Shown piece by piece: positions 13,313 through 25,471 of a stretch of 50,666 nucleotides of DNA. Within the stretch, counting starts at the first letter, position 1, and every line of letters starts with the position of its first letter. The stretch spans positions 1 to 50,666 of the forward strand of contig ADNK01002760.1 of the NCBI GenBank assembly GCA_000320545.1, written 5' to 3'. The notes below the pieces were generated by a model that worked only from the letters and a program-made list of their open reading frames with translations, ran no database searches and was not told where the DNA came from. The position numbers and the translations under genes were made by a program. This DNA comes from Bigelowiella natans CCMP2755 (lineage: Eukaryota > Protista > Cercozoa).

Positions 13313-15598
13313 GCAATGGCGATGTTGGTGAGACAGCAGTAATGCGAATATAGAAAGCCTTGACGAAGGATCATAAAATGCAATTTACAGAACAGAGTCA
13401 CAGTAACTGTCTACTCGCAGTATTGCTGCAGGGAATGCGTGTATGGGTATGTTGATGCATATTACACACACAGACACACACACACGCACGCACACAAAGA
13501 CACAAAGACACAAAAATACGTAGCCCCCCCCTCCACACACAACTCCGTATAGCGAAGTAAACAGCCGCAGCATCAGAAGCAGTAGCAGCAGATTGTCCTC
13601 TCTACCTCCACCCCCCGACCCCCCCCCTCCTCTTCTCCTTCTCCTTCCATCCACCTTATGAGTCACCGCAAACACGCAGTCCGGCACAGCGGAACAGTCA
13701 TAGTACACGTCGTCGCTCCGACTGGTCAATATCAGATTATTACGAATGTAACAAACTTAGAGGAGAGGGTAGGAGAGAGAGGGAGGAGAGGTCAAGGAGA
13801 TCAGGTGCTACCTTGCACCCTTCTTATTGCCTTTTATGGTTATCACTTATTTTATCATTTGTAGGACTGCCATGCTCATAATATGCGCTAGCACCAAATG
13901 GAGAATAGGTTTGAGTTTTCACTGCTGACACTGGAAGCACAGCAGCCTTTTCTTGACTACATGCTGCCTACCTCCTGCAGATGCCGAGGCTATCACACTG
14001 AGCGGGTGGGTCTTTCCAATTATAGGAGGAGTTTGAGGAGCAGTACTTTTCTCCAAACCTTTAAACACAAGGCCCACCGTCATTACCATCATTGCAATTC
14101 GAGGGTGAAAGGGAGAAAAGGAAGATAGGAGAAATTGCAGTGAGAGAACGATATCTCGACTGCTACCGCAACCATCCGCTCTGGTCATCATCACTCTCAT
14201 CATCACCATCATCATCACAATCGTCGCCGTCGTCATCATCGTTTTAAAAAAAGATCACATCATCATCTTACTCGTGCAGGCAGTAGAAGTACTGTTCCAC
14301 GTGATGCGAGTCATCGATAACATGGCCGTCGCATTGCTTCCAGGCGTCCTCGTAGCAAGGGTCCTGGTGGAAAAACGCAATAATAGACGGCTTTAATACA
14401 TCCAGGAGATTTGGTAAAGGGGAGGACATTTAGGCATATATAGCCGCGCAGCATCACTCTTCCTTTCCTTTTTTCAAATGCTTGCAAGACCGCACACACG
14501 CTACAAACGAGAGGAGCTTGCGTCAAGATCGCCCAGGGAAACAGCTGGTGCTGCTACCAGTGCTTATGTAAAGGCACTATCCCATTCATTCCGACTCGAG
14601 CTACCTTGAAATCAAAGCCCTCCGGTGGAAATCGGTTGATGCATTGGTTAAACAGGCAGGAGCAGTTCGCTCCTGAGTCATCGTGAATCTGGCCTGTTAT
14701 CTAATCAAAACAGCAGCAGCAGCAGCAGCAGCAAGAACAGCAAAAAAGGGGTCAGGAGAACCGAGAGCGTGAGCAGGGACAGTGGCGCAACACAAAAGAA
14801 AAAGAGAGTGGAACGAGGAAGAAATTAAAAATTTATATACAACGCAGGGTTGGGGAAAGCCGAGGAAAGAAAACGCCATCAAACCAGCATCATCATCATC
14901 GTCATCATCATCATCATCATCGTATGATTCAGTAGCCTGGTATCGAAGATATCATTCATCCATTGCATTATCACTCATCCTAGATGCTTTTATGTGATAC
15001 TTTTGCCTTTATTTGTACGGGTCTGGGTGCGATTAATATGAGTATAGAAGAAGAACTCACCGAAGCAACACATTGAGTTCTCCCTGTGCAGTCGTAGACT
15101 GAATTGTCCTCCCTGGCATAAGGAAAGAAATCGAGCTCAATAACGACAAAGCCAGGAAGGGGGAGCATGCATAAATGTAATCTGATTTTCATAAAATAGT
15201 AAGATATGGGGAAACTAATCGCCAGGCCCGAGCACAGGTCACAGCTTTACATCGGTGATAACAGAGAGCAAAGACTTTCTTTCGTTCTGTCTTCTCAACC
15301 CTCTTTGCCAACAAGCTCGATGTATCTACAGCACGTGCGAATTGTGTTGTTGGCTTACAGAAACATGCACTTTTCATTTTCACAGTAGGTGCACGGGTTC
15401 TTCTCCCCCACGTGGCTCCTCCCAGGAACATCAGGAGTGCGCGTTGGTTGGGGGGTTGGGTAGAGCGTATCTCCTCGTAGGCAGAGGCCCTGAGTGTTAG
15501 TGCCGATTCATATGAACAACCAATAGGAAATAACGGATGGCTCTTAATGAGACCATATCAGCGATACTCGAGCACGCCGAAAGCAATGTATCAACAGG

Positions 15599-15648
<50 letters not shown>

Positions 15649-15804
15649 TATCGTACGACGATGTGCATACTTTTGGCAAACCCATCGTTCATATTTGCTT
15701 AGGTTTGGGTTGATGATTTACCATGCAAGTGTTAAGGCAGCCGATTTCTCCCATAACGTCGTTCTCGCAGTCATGCGCCCTGAGCATCTTCGTGTTAGCT
15801 TACC

Positions 15805-15843
<39 letters not shown>

Positions 15844-17775
15844 ATGTGTGTGTGGGAGAGAGGAAGAGAGAGAGAGAGAGAGTCAGAATGCCAGTGGGTA
15901 GTATCTAAGGAATCACATTATTCAATATATTTGATTTAGATATATGGTTATTTTATGAAATAAATGCTGAAAGATGCACATTAGTCATTCTAGACAGCTA
16001 TTGTTTACCCGCCCTCACATAATGACCAACAGTCTTTCACCGTCTCGTTATTCCTAAAAACGCCACATTTCACACGTCAACACGAACTGATGGGGAAGGA
16101 AATAAGCAAGAAATTAAGCCGAAGACATGCAAATTCTACAACAGGAGAAAAATAGCAAATTGCTCATTATTCGTCGATGTATTTGATTCCTTTGTTATTC
16201 CTTTGTTATCGTAGTCTACAACAACAACAAGAACAACGACTATTACTACTACTACTACTACTACTACTACTAGTACTACAGGAAATACAACCATCCTAAT
16301 GGGGGCTGACGATTAGCGCATTGGGTCTCGAGGCAGTCGCATTTTGAGGAATTGCCATTGCTATTTAGGTTGCAAATCCACGTGAGATACAACGATGGTC
16401 TTATCATCGGTTTTGTGCATTACTCATGAGTAGAGAAAGGTTGAAGAAGAGAATTAAAAATGCTCTTGTAGAATTTGACTTTTCAGCCAACCGTGTCTCT
16501 TTTATCTATAAATCTCCCTTTCTCTCCATGCATGCATGCATGTGTGTGCGCGCGCGCGTGTGTGCGTGTAGGCCTGGCCTTCTGTCCTCCGTCTTTATTT
16601 TTCTCTCTTCTTTTCTTACCCCCCTCCCCCCTCTCTCCTTCTCTCTTTCCCACATTGTGGCTTTCGCTAAACATGAAAGGCCTGCACTAGAAGAACTGCA
16701 ATCAAACGTAACCTAAGGATCATTAAGATCGGAAAATTGTGACCGACTATGAGCACGAGGGAGGGTGCAAGATTTTTGCTGTTTTCACGTTGTTCTTCAG
16801 CTCTCTAGAGCTCTTTCTCTCCCCCCCCCCCCCCCTCTATCTCCCCCAACGTCTTTTGATTTTAATTTAAAAAGTCTGAACCTTATCCTCGAGCCTCATG
16901 CAAGCGCCAGTCTTATCACATTTCGCACACTTATTGTCATCCTACCCAGGAGAGAGGTGGGTGAATAGTGAGAGCAGAGATTATTAGTGGACCGGTAATT
17001 CTCTTAGTATGCGCAACGTATTATGAAAAAACATAAACACTGCTCGCACCTTCTTCGGTGCGGGTGTAGTATCTAGACACGTCTCCAAGCACGCAAGGAG
17101 GCAGGTGGGTTCGAAATCTCCAGCCTTCTCGCAATCAGCTCTGCCTCTGTAGTGGTATTCAGGACGTTATGAATCTATATCACCACCAGTTTTCATCGTC
17201 GTTTGAACTTACCCAAGGCATTGGGAATAGCACTCATGGATGACCTCCTCGTCGTAGCCCGTGGGAGGCGGCTTTGAGTTAGTGAACAATAAAGTAAAAA
17301 TTATGGGAGCGGACGCAATCCCATCATCTAGCTCAACACACGTAGGTGATACTCTTTCTCCTGCTGTTTAGAGTTAGAACCATGTTACGTTTTCAACTAC
17401 CATTCGATGCTCTGAACACACTTCCTCTAGACAGTCACAGCCTCCATGTTCCATCGACGCGTTCTTCGCGCAGCGCATTCCTATTCAACCATGATAATCG
17501 TTACCGAACTATTTCGCTTAATACTGCGGAACGAGAATTCAAAAGACATCCAAAAAATGTCAGCGACAGGATGTCCTCTCGAATCGTTCGTTCCAATATC
17601 TCTAGGTAAGGTTATGATACCGACCCATTTCGCCAGAGCATGGATACACAACACTAGTCTCTTTGTAAATGCAGACGTTGTTCGTGTCACACTGGGCACA
17701 TGGGCCTGCTGATGCTCCATCGAAAGCTAGGATGCTCATCAGCAAGACAGCTGCGAAGTCTGAGCTCCATCGCAT
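11519..17775 (-). CDS. Cys-rich type I membrane/surface protein, multi-exon
   Basis: Signal-peptide-like MRWSSDFAAVLLMSILAFDGASA, then many Cys-rich exons (GPCAQCDTNNVC, HECYSQCL, DCEKAGDFEPTCLLACLETCLD, KCDCLETQCAN, DCENDVMGEIGCLNTC, NCSCLFNQCIN, CKEDDTTCAYVCLKN). A TM-like IMVVVACAVLLTTGA follows at about 12255-12305 and the tail ends KGYLPIIEEI*. Confidence 0.65.
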
Positions 17776-18021
17776 CCTGGGTGTGTGGTTAAAAAAAAAT
17801 ATGACAAAATCAGCGAGTCCTGACGATAAACTTCCTCTATTCACTCCTCGATATGGTATGTGCAACGTCGATCGGAACGTGTCACTTTCATTCCCGCGCT
17901 CTAAAATGCAAAAACTAAGACCTGTGCGTAGGACAAATCGGTCGCCACATGATGGGGGAACAATGTACTTTTCAAGCCGAGATGTAAAAGCCTTATACGA
18001 GGGGTGACGATGCGTTCGAAC

Positions 18022-18370
18022 GAGGGCATTCATTTTCTTAGCACTAAAAACAAATGCATTTCAAAGGTGCGACATCAAAACTTAGCGGGTTCATTGTGAG
18101 AAAAGCCAAAAATATTCGACAAATAACCGACAGTTCATGGGCATTCTTTGGGTGTGAAAGCTTGTCGTTTTCGATGAAAGTCCTTGTTCACCGTCATCTC
18201 TCATGAATTTTGAGTTCGGCAGAATCCATTCTCTTTCTCCACACCAAAAGAAAGCCCGAACGTGCTAGCGTGTTTGCCTTTTGTGACAATGATCAACTCC
18301 GGGGTGGGGGCACTCATTTTGTAGGCACTGAAACAGATGCATTTCAAAAGTGCGATGTCAAAACTTAGCG
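18022..18370 (+). repeat. diverged direct repeat of about 65 bp (18022-18087 and 18306-18370)
   Basis: gggcattcattttcttagcactaaaaacaaatgcatttcaaaggtgcgacatcaaaacttagcg vs gggcactcattttgtaggcactgaaacagatgcatttcaaaagtgcgatgtcaaaacttagcg. Confidence 0.9.
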
Positions 18371-19255
18371 TCTAGGAAACCTAGCAGCTAGCTAGCTAGC
18401 TAGCTAGCTAGCCCTCGTGTTTGTTTGGGATTTTTGCACCTGCCGCTGCAGGTCGGCTTGAAAAATGCATCGCTTCCTGTAGCTGGCACAGCTAGGTTCA
18501 CATTCCCCGATCAACGTGTGTGGCATGCCAGAATGAAAGAGTCGCGTTTGTTCTGCGCTGCTTCTGTGACAATGACATCCCCAGAACGAATGATGAACAT
18601 GCAATGTCATGCGAACGAAGGATGCAAAACGAGCCAACAGTGATGAAGCACACCGCACTCGCGCGCGTGTTGTGTTCCAATCATGTTTGCTTAATGTGCT
18701 CGCTGCAAGCTCGCCACCATTGTCGCCTGTGGATGAGTTCGCAAGATTGCATGAAAAATTGCATGTGCCAGTCTAGCAGTTGCTAGCGCGCACGTTTGCC
18801 AGTCAAGCAGTCTGGCCATCTGGTGCACACTCTGGCACGCCTAGACTGCTAGATCGACTGCTAGACTGATACATGCTGCATGCTGGCATGGGCGTCTCTA
18901 CTGCACAACTGTGCGCCATGCTAGTAGCATGCTAGCATGTGGTTGGAACTGTTGCACGCAGCACGTGTGCATGTCTCTAGCTAGCTAGATGTAGCCCGAG
19001 TCATGCAATCTAGCAATGTGCACATCGCTAGATCGCCTTGCTAGCTTGGTAGCTAGACTAGCAGACAATGAAATTTGAGATTGTCGTCTTGCTTGCGTGT
19101 TTTGAGACGAAGCTAGCGAAGGTTGCAGTCTAGCAGTCTTGAGACAAGTTGTGTGTTGTTCGCTCTAATGTTCTAACTCAATTTTGATGCACAATTGCTA
19201 GCATGCTAGCATGGCCTAGAAAGCTGCAATGTTTTGCACTGACATGCGCCTGGAT
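18126..19255. other. strongly TpA-depleted intergenic tract with a (CTAG)n repeat at about 18387-18412
   Basis: Nearly all TA are in TAG/CTA context; two exceptions seen, near 18691 and 18870. Confidence 0.9.
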
Positions 19256-19638
19256 CATACACGCGCATTGCCACATTCGGACTTCAGCTCACTGCTCAGT
19301 CTTCAAGGCGAAGAATGAGCAGATCGCAACAAGCAATGAGGGAATGAAATTCACCAATCATCCTCGTATGATCCAACTAAAGTTTTTAATTCATTTCACT
19401 TTAACGTACACATGAAGTAACAAAACCGTACATTCATGTACCTACCTATTTGCACTCCAATTAAATGTACTCTAATCTCAGTAAAGCAACATATTCATAG
19501 TATTGTAATATATACTTTACGTCTAATCTGCATGAGATCGTTATTTTTGACGACTCCTACAACAATCTAATCTTGCCATTTATTCTATAATACTTTTCAT
19601 TAGTTTTCTTTAACTTGCATGTTGAGACAATATTCACA

Positions 19639-19829
19639 TCAACTAGAAGTCACCACTACCGTTTTTGACGAAGATTGGACAATCGGGCATGGACGGTCAA
19701 ACGATGATTTGGAAACTCCCTCCATCTCAATATCATTCTGATCCTTAAAAAAAAAAGGCTTTCAGGGTAACATGTGGCGATTCAAAAACATGCTCTCAAA
19801 TACTTCTCTCTCTCTCTCGCTCTCTCTCG

Positions 19830-19876
<47 letters not shown>

Positions 19877-22093
19877 GCACAAACGAACGTCGAAATACTT
19901 TGCATACATATCGATATGTTTCTCAATATGTGTACGTGTGTGTGACCGTATCAGTTCCATTATTCGAAGTCATCAAACAGTAAATACTCTCTCACCCACT
20001 ACTACTACGACTACGACCTTCTTAGCCTTGGCAACGGGTGTTTCTGCTACTTTTCTCTTCGAGCGCTTACTGCACAGAATCCTCCGAACAAATTCGGATC
20101 TCGAAAACAAGGCTCCGAACACAATGCACACAGACACCCACTGTAATGGACTAACAGGGTCACCAAACCTATGATGTAAAAGCCGGTTGGCAGAATGATA
20201 CATGTAATAGAATCACGCTAGTATTTTTTATAGTACTTACAGCACATATTTGCATAATCAGTCGTGCACTACACACACATCGCACATAAATATTTGCATA
20301 AGTTTTTGTGCCATGTGTGTATGCGTGCGAGAAGCTAAAAAAATCACACAACAAATATCCAAAATTGTGCTCACTATCTGCACAGTTATGAAATCGAGAA
20401 CTTGTTGTAATCTCGTATAATCGTCCATCCCACACGAAGAAAGAAGCATAACTGACCACATGGTGTTGAAGATAATGCTGAGAAGCTGCCTTGAGTACAT
20501 GATAGTTGCTAGGAGTAGCGCACCAAAGTTCTTAATCATCATGTAGATGAAGTTCTGAGCCTGAATAACGAATTCAATATTTGGGGGCCAAAACGATAAT
20601 TTCATAAATATATATTTTGTATTTTTTCTGATAAGTTCATGCCGAGAGCAGACGGTTCTCCTTTTCGCTTTCTCTTCTTGTTGTTCTTGCAGTGGTGTTT
20701 GTACCGTGATCTGGGATATGATGAGAAGGCCGATGTCGTACATGCAGGCTGGGTGCCTTGCCACGAAACCAAAGAAATTCAGCATCAAATCGCCTTTGAT
20801 CATTACAAGGCCAAGCGCCAAGAATCCCGAGAATAGATTCACGTAGAGCATCTGGTTGTAGTGCGTCAGGCGGTACCCTGATCATGGGGAGGGGGGGGGG
20901 GGATAAATAGGTTACAAACTCAGTTTGCCGAAATACTCACTTACTCATACCATGTGTCATCATCATTCACACAAATATTCATTCGTACAGCGGCTTGCTT
21001 CTACTACCTCTGAAGATCTTCTCCTGTAGGGTACTCGTGAGGCCATCGGCGATGTGATATCCCATCTGACATACAAGGCAGTAGCAGCAGCAGCAGCAGC
21101 AGCAGCAAAAGAAAGACAATTCTAAGTGAAACGCATCTATGGCTGCTACTTGACTGTTTACATGGTGAGAGCAGCCCACGTACCATGAGAAGAATTCCCC
21201 ATTTCGAGCTGACACCCATCTCGGCATCGTATCCGGTCTACAACGCATTTTAGCATATAGCATGCAGCAACAATCAGAATTCATATATGTGAAAGAAAAG
21301 GGGGAAATATCGTGAGAGAGAGAGAAAGAGAAAGAGAGAGAAGGGAGGTGGTAGTTTACCTCAATGTCTCCGGATAATCCGAACATAAAAGCTCCTGCGG
21401 TTACGATCAATGCGACCATATATTCGTCCCAGGTGTACTTCTTGCCGGACATTAGAAAGCCCCACAACATCACCCAGATGATCTGGGTAGAAGGGGGAGG
21501 AGAGGCGGTGGAGAGATGAAAGAAAGAAACGTGCAATTCTGACTAAGCGCAAGATAATGGCAAGTTTTTGGAAAGTATCGGTTGGGTGAAATCTCATATG
21601 AAACGCAGAGACGCGTAATAATAATACCTTCGAACATTTAGACAGGGACTGCATAGCGAAGGTGATATACTTTAATGCCGTATACTGGCAAAGGGTGGCA
21701 AAAACGTTGGAAATCGCTACTGCGAAGTAGTTGGCCATTGGGGCTCTCCGGCTGCATGACTCTCTGGAGTAAAGAAGCATCACGAGCGCAAACGTGGCCG
21801 CACCGAATCTATTGAACATAACGAGGATCGGGGTCCATGATTTCAGGAAAAAATCCTTGGTATTCGTCCCTTCCATGATGTACGGTGTCTGCATCACCCG
21901 CTCCTGCTCGAACGAATACGCCTGTGAAAATATAAAATATAAACGTAAATATCGGTGTGGCCATCTTACTCCGTGCGAGTTACGATCATAAGAAGGCGAG
22001 TTGTGTTTGAATTGTGAATGCGGAGCATACGATGAGGGGAACGACGATTCCAGGAATGCAAGCGAACAACGTCAACCGCGCGGACCTCTCCAT
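19639..22093 (-). CDS. UAA/SLC35B-family nucleotide-sugar or PAPS transporter (PAPST1-like), multi-exon
   Basis: Motifs QERVMQTPY, LVMFNRF, SNVFATLCQYTALKYITFAMQSLSKCSKIIWVMLWG, KKYTWDEY, ADGLTSTLQEKIF, QMLYVNLFS, QNFIYMMIKNFGALLLATIMYSRQLLSII. Confidence 0.88.
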
Positions 22094-23706
22094 GTCACGA
22101 AACTTTAAAAAGTAGATACCAAGGGGTAAGTATACCATGCGGTGAGCAAACCCAAAAAAATCCAGGGTGGGAAATTGTCTCAATAATTAAAATTTATTAA
22201 AAACAAGCACAACCAGGAATTGCATGCAATTTCTAGAAGCTATCAGACTCAAAAATGTACATCGTTATCGCATTTCACCCACCCACCCGCTTACATTAAA
22301 AAATAATGTACAGGTGGTTCTAGAATCACAAAAAATACATCGGCAGCATCTTCACTAGATTAAAACCTGCATCACGAGTAGTGCTGCAATGCCTACTACA
22401 AGGCCTGCTGTCGCAATCACTGAGAGTATATGGTAATTCAGTAAGGATATCTAGTGAATACAAACAAAATTCTTAACCTGCTAAAGTTGTGCTCTCCAGG
22501 TATGAAACCACAGGTACTACTGGCTCCATCTCTGCTGTTCCGCTACTAATAGCCGATAATACTTCGCTGTCTGCGAGCAGAAGCACACATCAAGAGGTGG
22601 TCGCCAAAGAAAAGAACACCAAACAACCCCCGATTGTTGGGAATCAAAGTTTTACGCACACATTGCAGACCAAAAAAGCAGCACACAATCATGTGCAAAG
22701 ATGGATGCCAAGTCGAAAATGACACCTGCACTAACAACTGTGTTCATCAATCCTAAAGACGCCGCGATAAGGATGGTATACATCCTGCAAGGCTGTGCAG
22801 AGGATAGTGGGAGGGAGTTTGGGAGGGAGAGCTTGGAAGTAGTGCTTTCTGTTGTCCGTGTAGGTCGCTGATTAGGACATCTTGAAATTAAAAAAAGGTC
22901 GTTGTCCCTCATTTATTGCTAACGACAAACTTTAAAGTTTAATTTATAAATTTAAGAAACTCATCTTGCACAAATGGGGAGCTACCTTGAATCTGAAGTT
23001 TGTGACTCTACTTTATCAAGATTTATCTCAAACTAATCACTGGTGTTTTTAAGAAATAAACCCATAATATTACTACTTTTTTACAGTCCGTGTAGGAAAT
23101 ATTTCTCCGAAATGTACGGCGATCACATATCGCTACCATTTTCTTATGGTTGAAAAATGGAGGCAAAACCCGACTTTTTTACGGTAGCTTTCTTCCAAGA
23201 ATCGCATCGGCGACCTGAAATTTTCAGAAAATTGTATTGCATTTGTACCTTTGCTACATCTGCTTTGTAAGAAAATACCAACGATCAATCTTCAGTGTTT
23301 GTCTACGAAGAGCAGCATTTTATGTGTAGACGCAGATACAGAAAGCCCCTTGTTCAATGTGCTCTGAATGCAATTTAGGCGTTTATAAAGATTTATGCGA
23401 AACACAAACAAAATATTTGAAGGAAAAGGACATTACATTACTGAGACATTTACTAGAAGGGGATTTTAGATCGTAAAAATGAGACAAGGAACAGATGATT
23501 CGAGATTTTCTCGAGATACTCTATAAAGTTACACCCAGCCGGTGGTGTGTGCACTTGAAAAAACAATCTTGGCAGTGCGGAAGATCTCGAACTGGACATT
23601 ATTTCTTGAGACGACATGCACTGATTGTAATTCTGTAACAATATTGACTGTATTTTTAAATGATTTAGCTTCTGATGCACCATCATAAAGTCTGAAAGTG
23701 AGTGAA

Positions 23707-24547
23707 ATGGCGGCGCGCTTGGCATTGGCTTCCCTTCGGGGTGCTCTATCACGGGGGAGGGCCACATGGTCTATGAAGGTCCGAATTTATTAATGTAGGT
23801 CTAAATTTAGGAATTGAATAGAAGCATCGAAAGATAGACTGATATTCATGCATGTGTGAATCAGAACTCGATGAGGGCATCGTTCGGAGTTAACAGCAAT
23901 GGATTTGGTGGTGTAAGATACTTTGGAATTGAAGTTAACAATATCGCACGATGGGCCAGCTGCAAGGTATTATTCTAGACTAGACTTGCATTACACATTT
24001 CTTCGGTTGCAACAATATTTTGCATACTTATTCGGGGGGGGAAATCATGCACATCAAGTTTTAATGTTCGCTGTTTTAGGTCGAAAACGAAAAGGATGCC
24101 GAGAAACTTGATGAGCTGATTATGAAAGAGGCTATGCCTAAGCTTAAAGATATGGAGGGTTTTGGTGGAATGCGCCGCCTATTTTGCAAGGAAAAATTCG
24201 ATTACAAGATCATGATCTCCTTCCAGGGACTCAAAAATTTTCAAAATTTTATGAACTCTGAAGAACGCAGCGAGGTAATGAATCTGGATAGCCTAGGCAC
24301 TATTCGATCCGCAATCATTTCAGAATGAAATGAAAACACATCTGCATATACCATCACTTCTCACATGAGGGGAAGGATTCTCATTTTGTGATTTTGCCTT
24401 CAGGTCCTACCTATCATGGAGGAGGCAAAAAAATATGCTGTTGATAACGAGATTACATACCAAAACTTTGTTCTAGATAAATTTTCCAGCGAGTGGGGTC
24501 AGGAAGCTACCAGTGCTCTGAAAGAAGATGACCCGACTGCCCACTAG
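23707..24547 (+). CDS. small conserved-looking protein (about 170 aa) with a mitochondrial-type presequence; possible dimeric alpha/beta-barrel (ABM-like) fold
   Basis: Four in-frame GT-AG exons: 23707-23778, 23865-23966, 24080-24274, 24404-24547. N-terminus MAARLALASLRGALSRGRATW is Arg-rich with no acidic residues. Core: NIARWASCKVENEKDAEKLDELIMKEAMPKLKDMEGFGGMRRLFCKEKFDYKIMISF. Confidence 0.75.
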
Positions 24548-25471
24548 ACAGGATTGATTGTGCTCAAAGAGAACCAACATTTTTTTACTGCGCCTGTCCA
24601 TTGTGGGGGGACATTTAGACTGGCACAAAGATAAACTTGCGACATAGCTAAAAGACTGTATGTAAGCAACTTGTTCGGTCGTTAAAAAGTTTCAATACAA
24701 AATCTACACATTGTTCTCCGCCGGTGGGATATGCATGTATGTATTTATTTATATATATCCACACACTTACATTGTTCTCCGCCTGTGGCATGGATATGCA
24801 TGTATGTAAATATGTATATGTTCACACACAAGTGTGTGCATAATAGAGTGAGAGTGAGATAGACTTTATGTCTATATCGAGTATGCTAGTATGTAGGCTA
24901 GTATAGGTATAGAATGTGTAAATAGAGGATAACGACAAATCAACACCACACACACACACACACTAGATATAAATTTATTTATGAATATTATGCATGTAAC
25001 TATATATACGCTAGCACACGGTGTACACAGTGTGTGCATTGTAATCCATAGCTATGTGACTTTATCTAGTTGTACAAATTGCATCTACACTTATGAAACG
25101 TGTTTGTTGGCTAGTTTTTTCACAAATGCGCAATGACATCAAATTACTGCATGTTGCACTAGCCAGCGCAGTATATGCACACCTACGTACACGTACGTAC
25201 AGGTGTGCACAAAGAAGCTTCATGCACTACCAATAACACAGCAACGCTTGGGGACGATGTATTTATAATATTTTGTCACAAATATAGTTTACGTTTCGCT
25301 GCGCTGCCAATACAACGCTTGGGGTCGATGTGTTTTTAATAATCGACAACGTATTATATATAATTTTTGGCATGTAGTGCACACACAGCAAACTACAAAT
25401 GATGAATAAAGGAATCGAATACGAAACCTTCAACAATTTCGACACTATTCGACGGCGCAACCTCCACCCAA

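Noticed and set aside
22300-22912. Hydrophobic minus-strand ORF fragments (MYTILIAASLGLMNTVV...)
   Set aside because: Interrupted by stops; I could not build a consistent spliced model.
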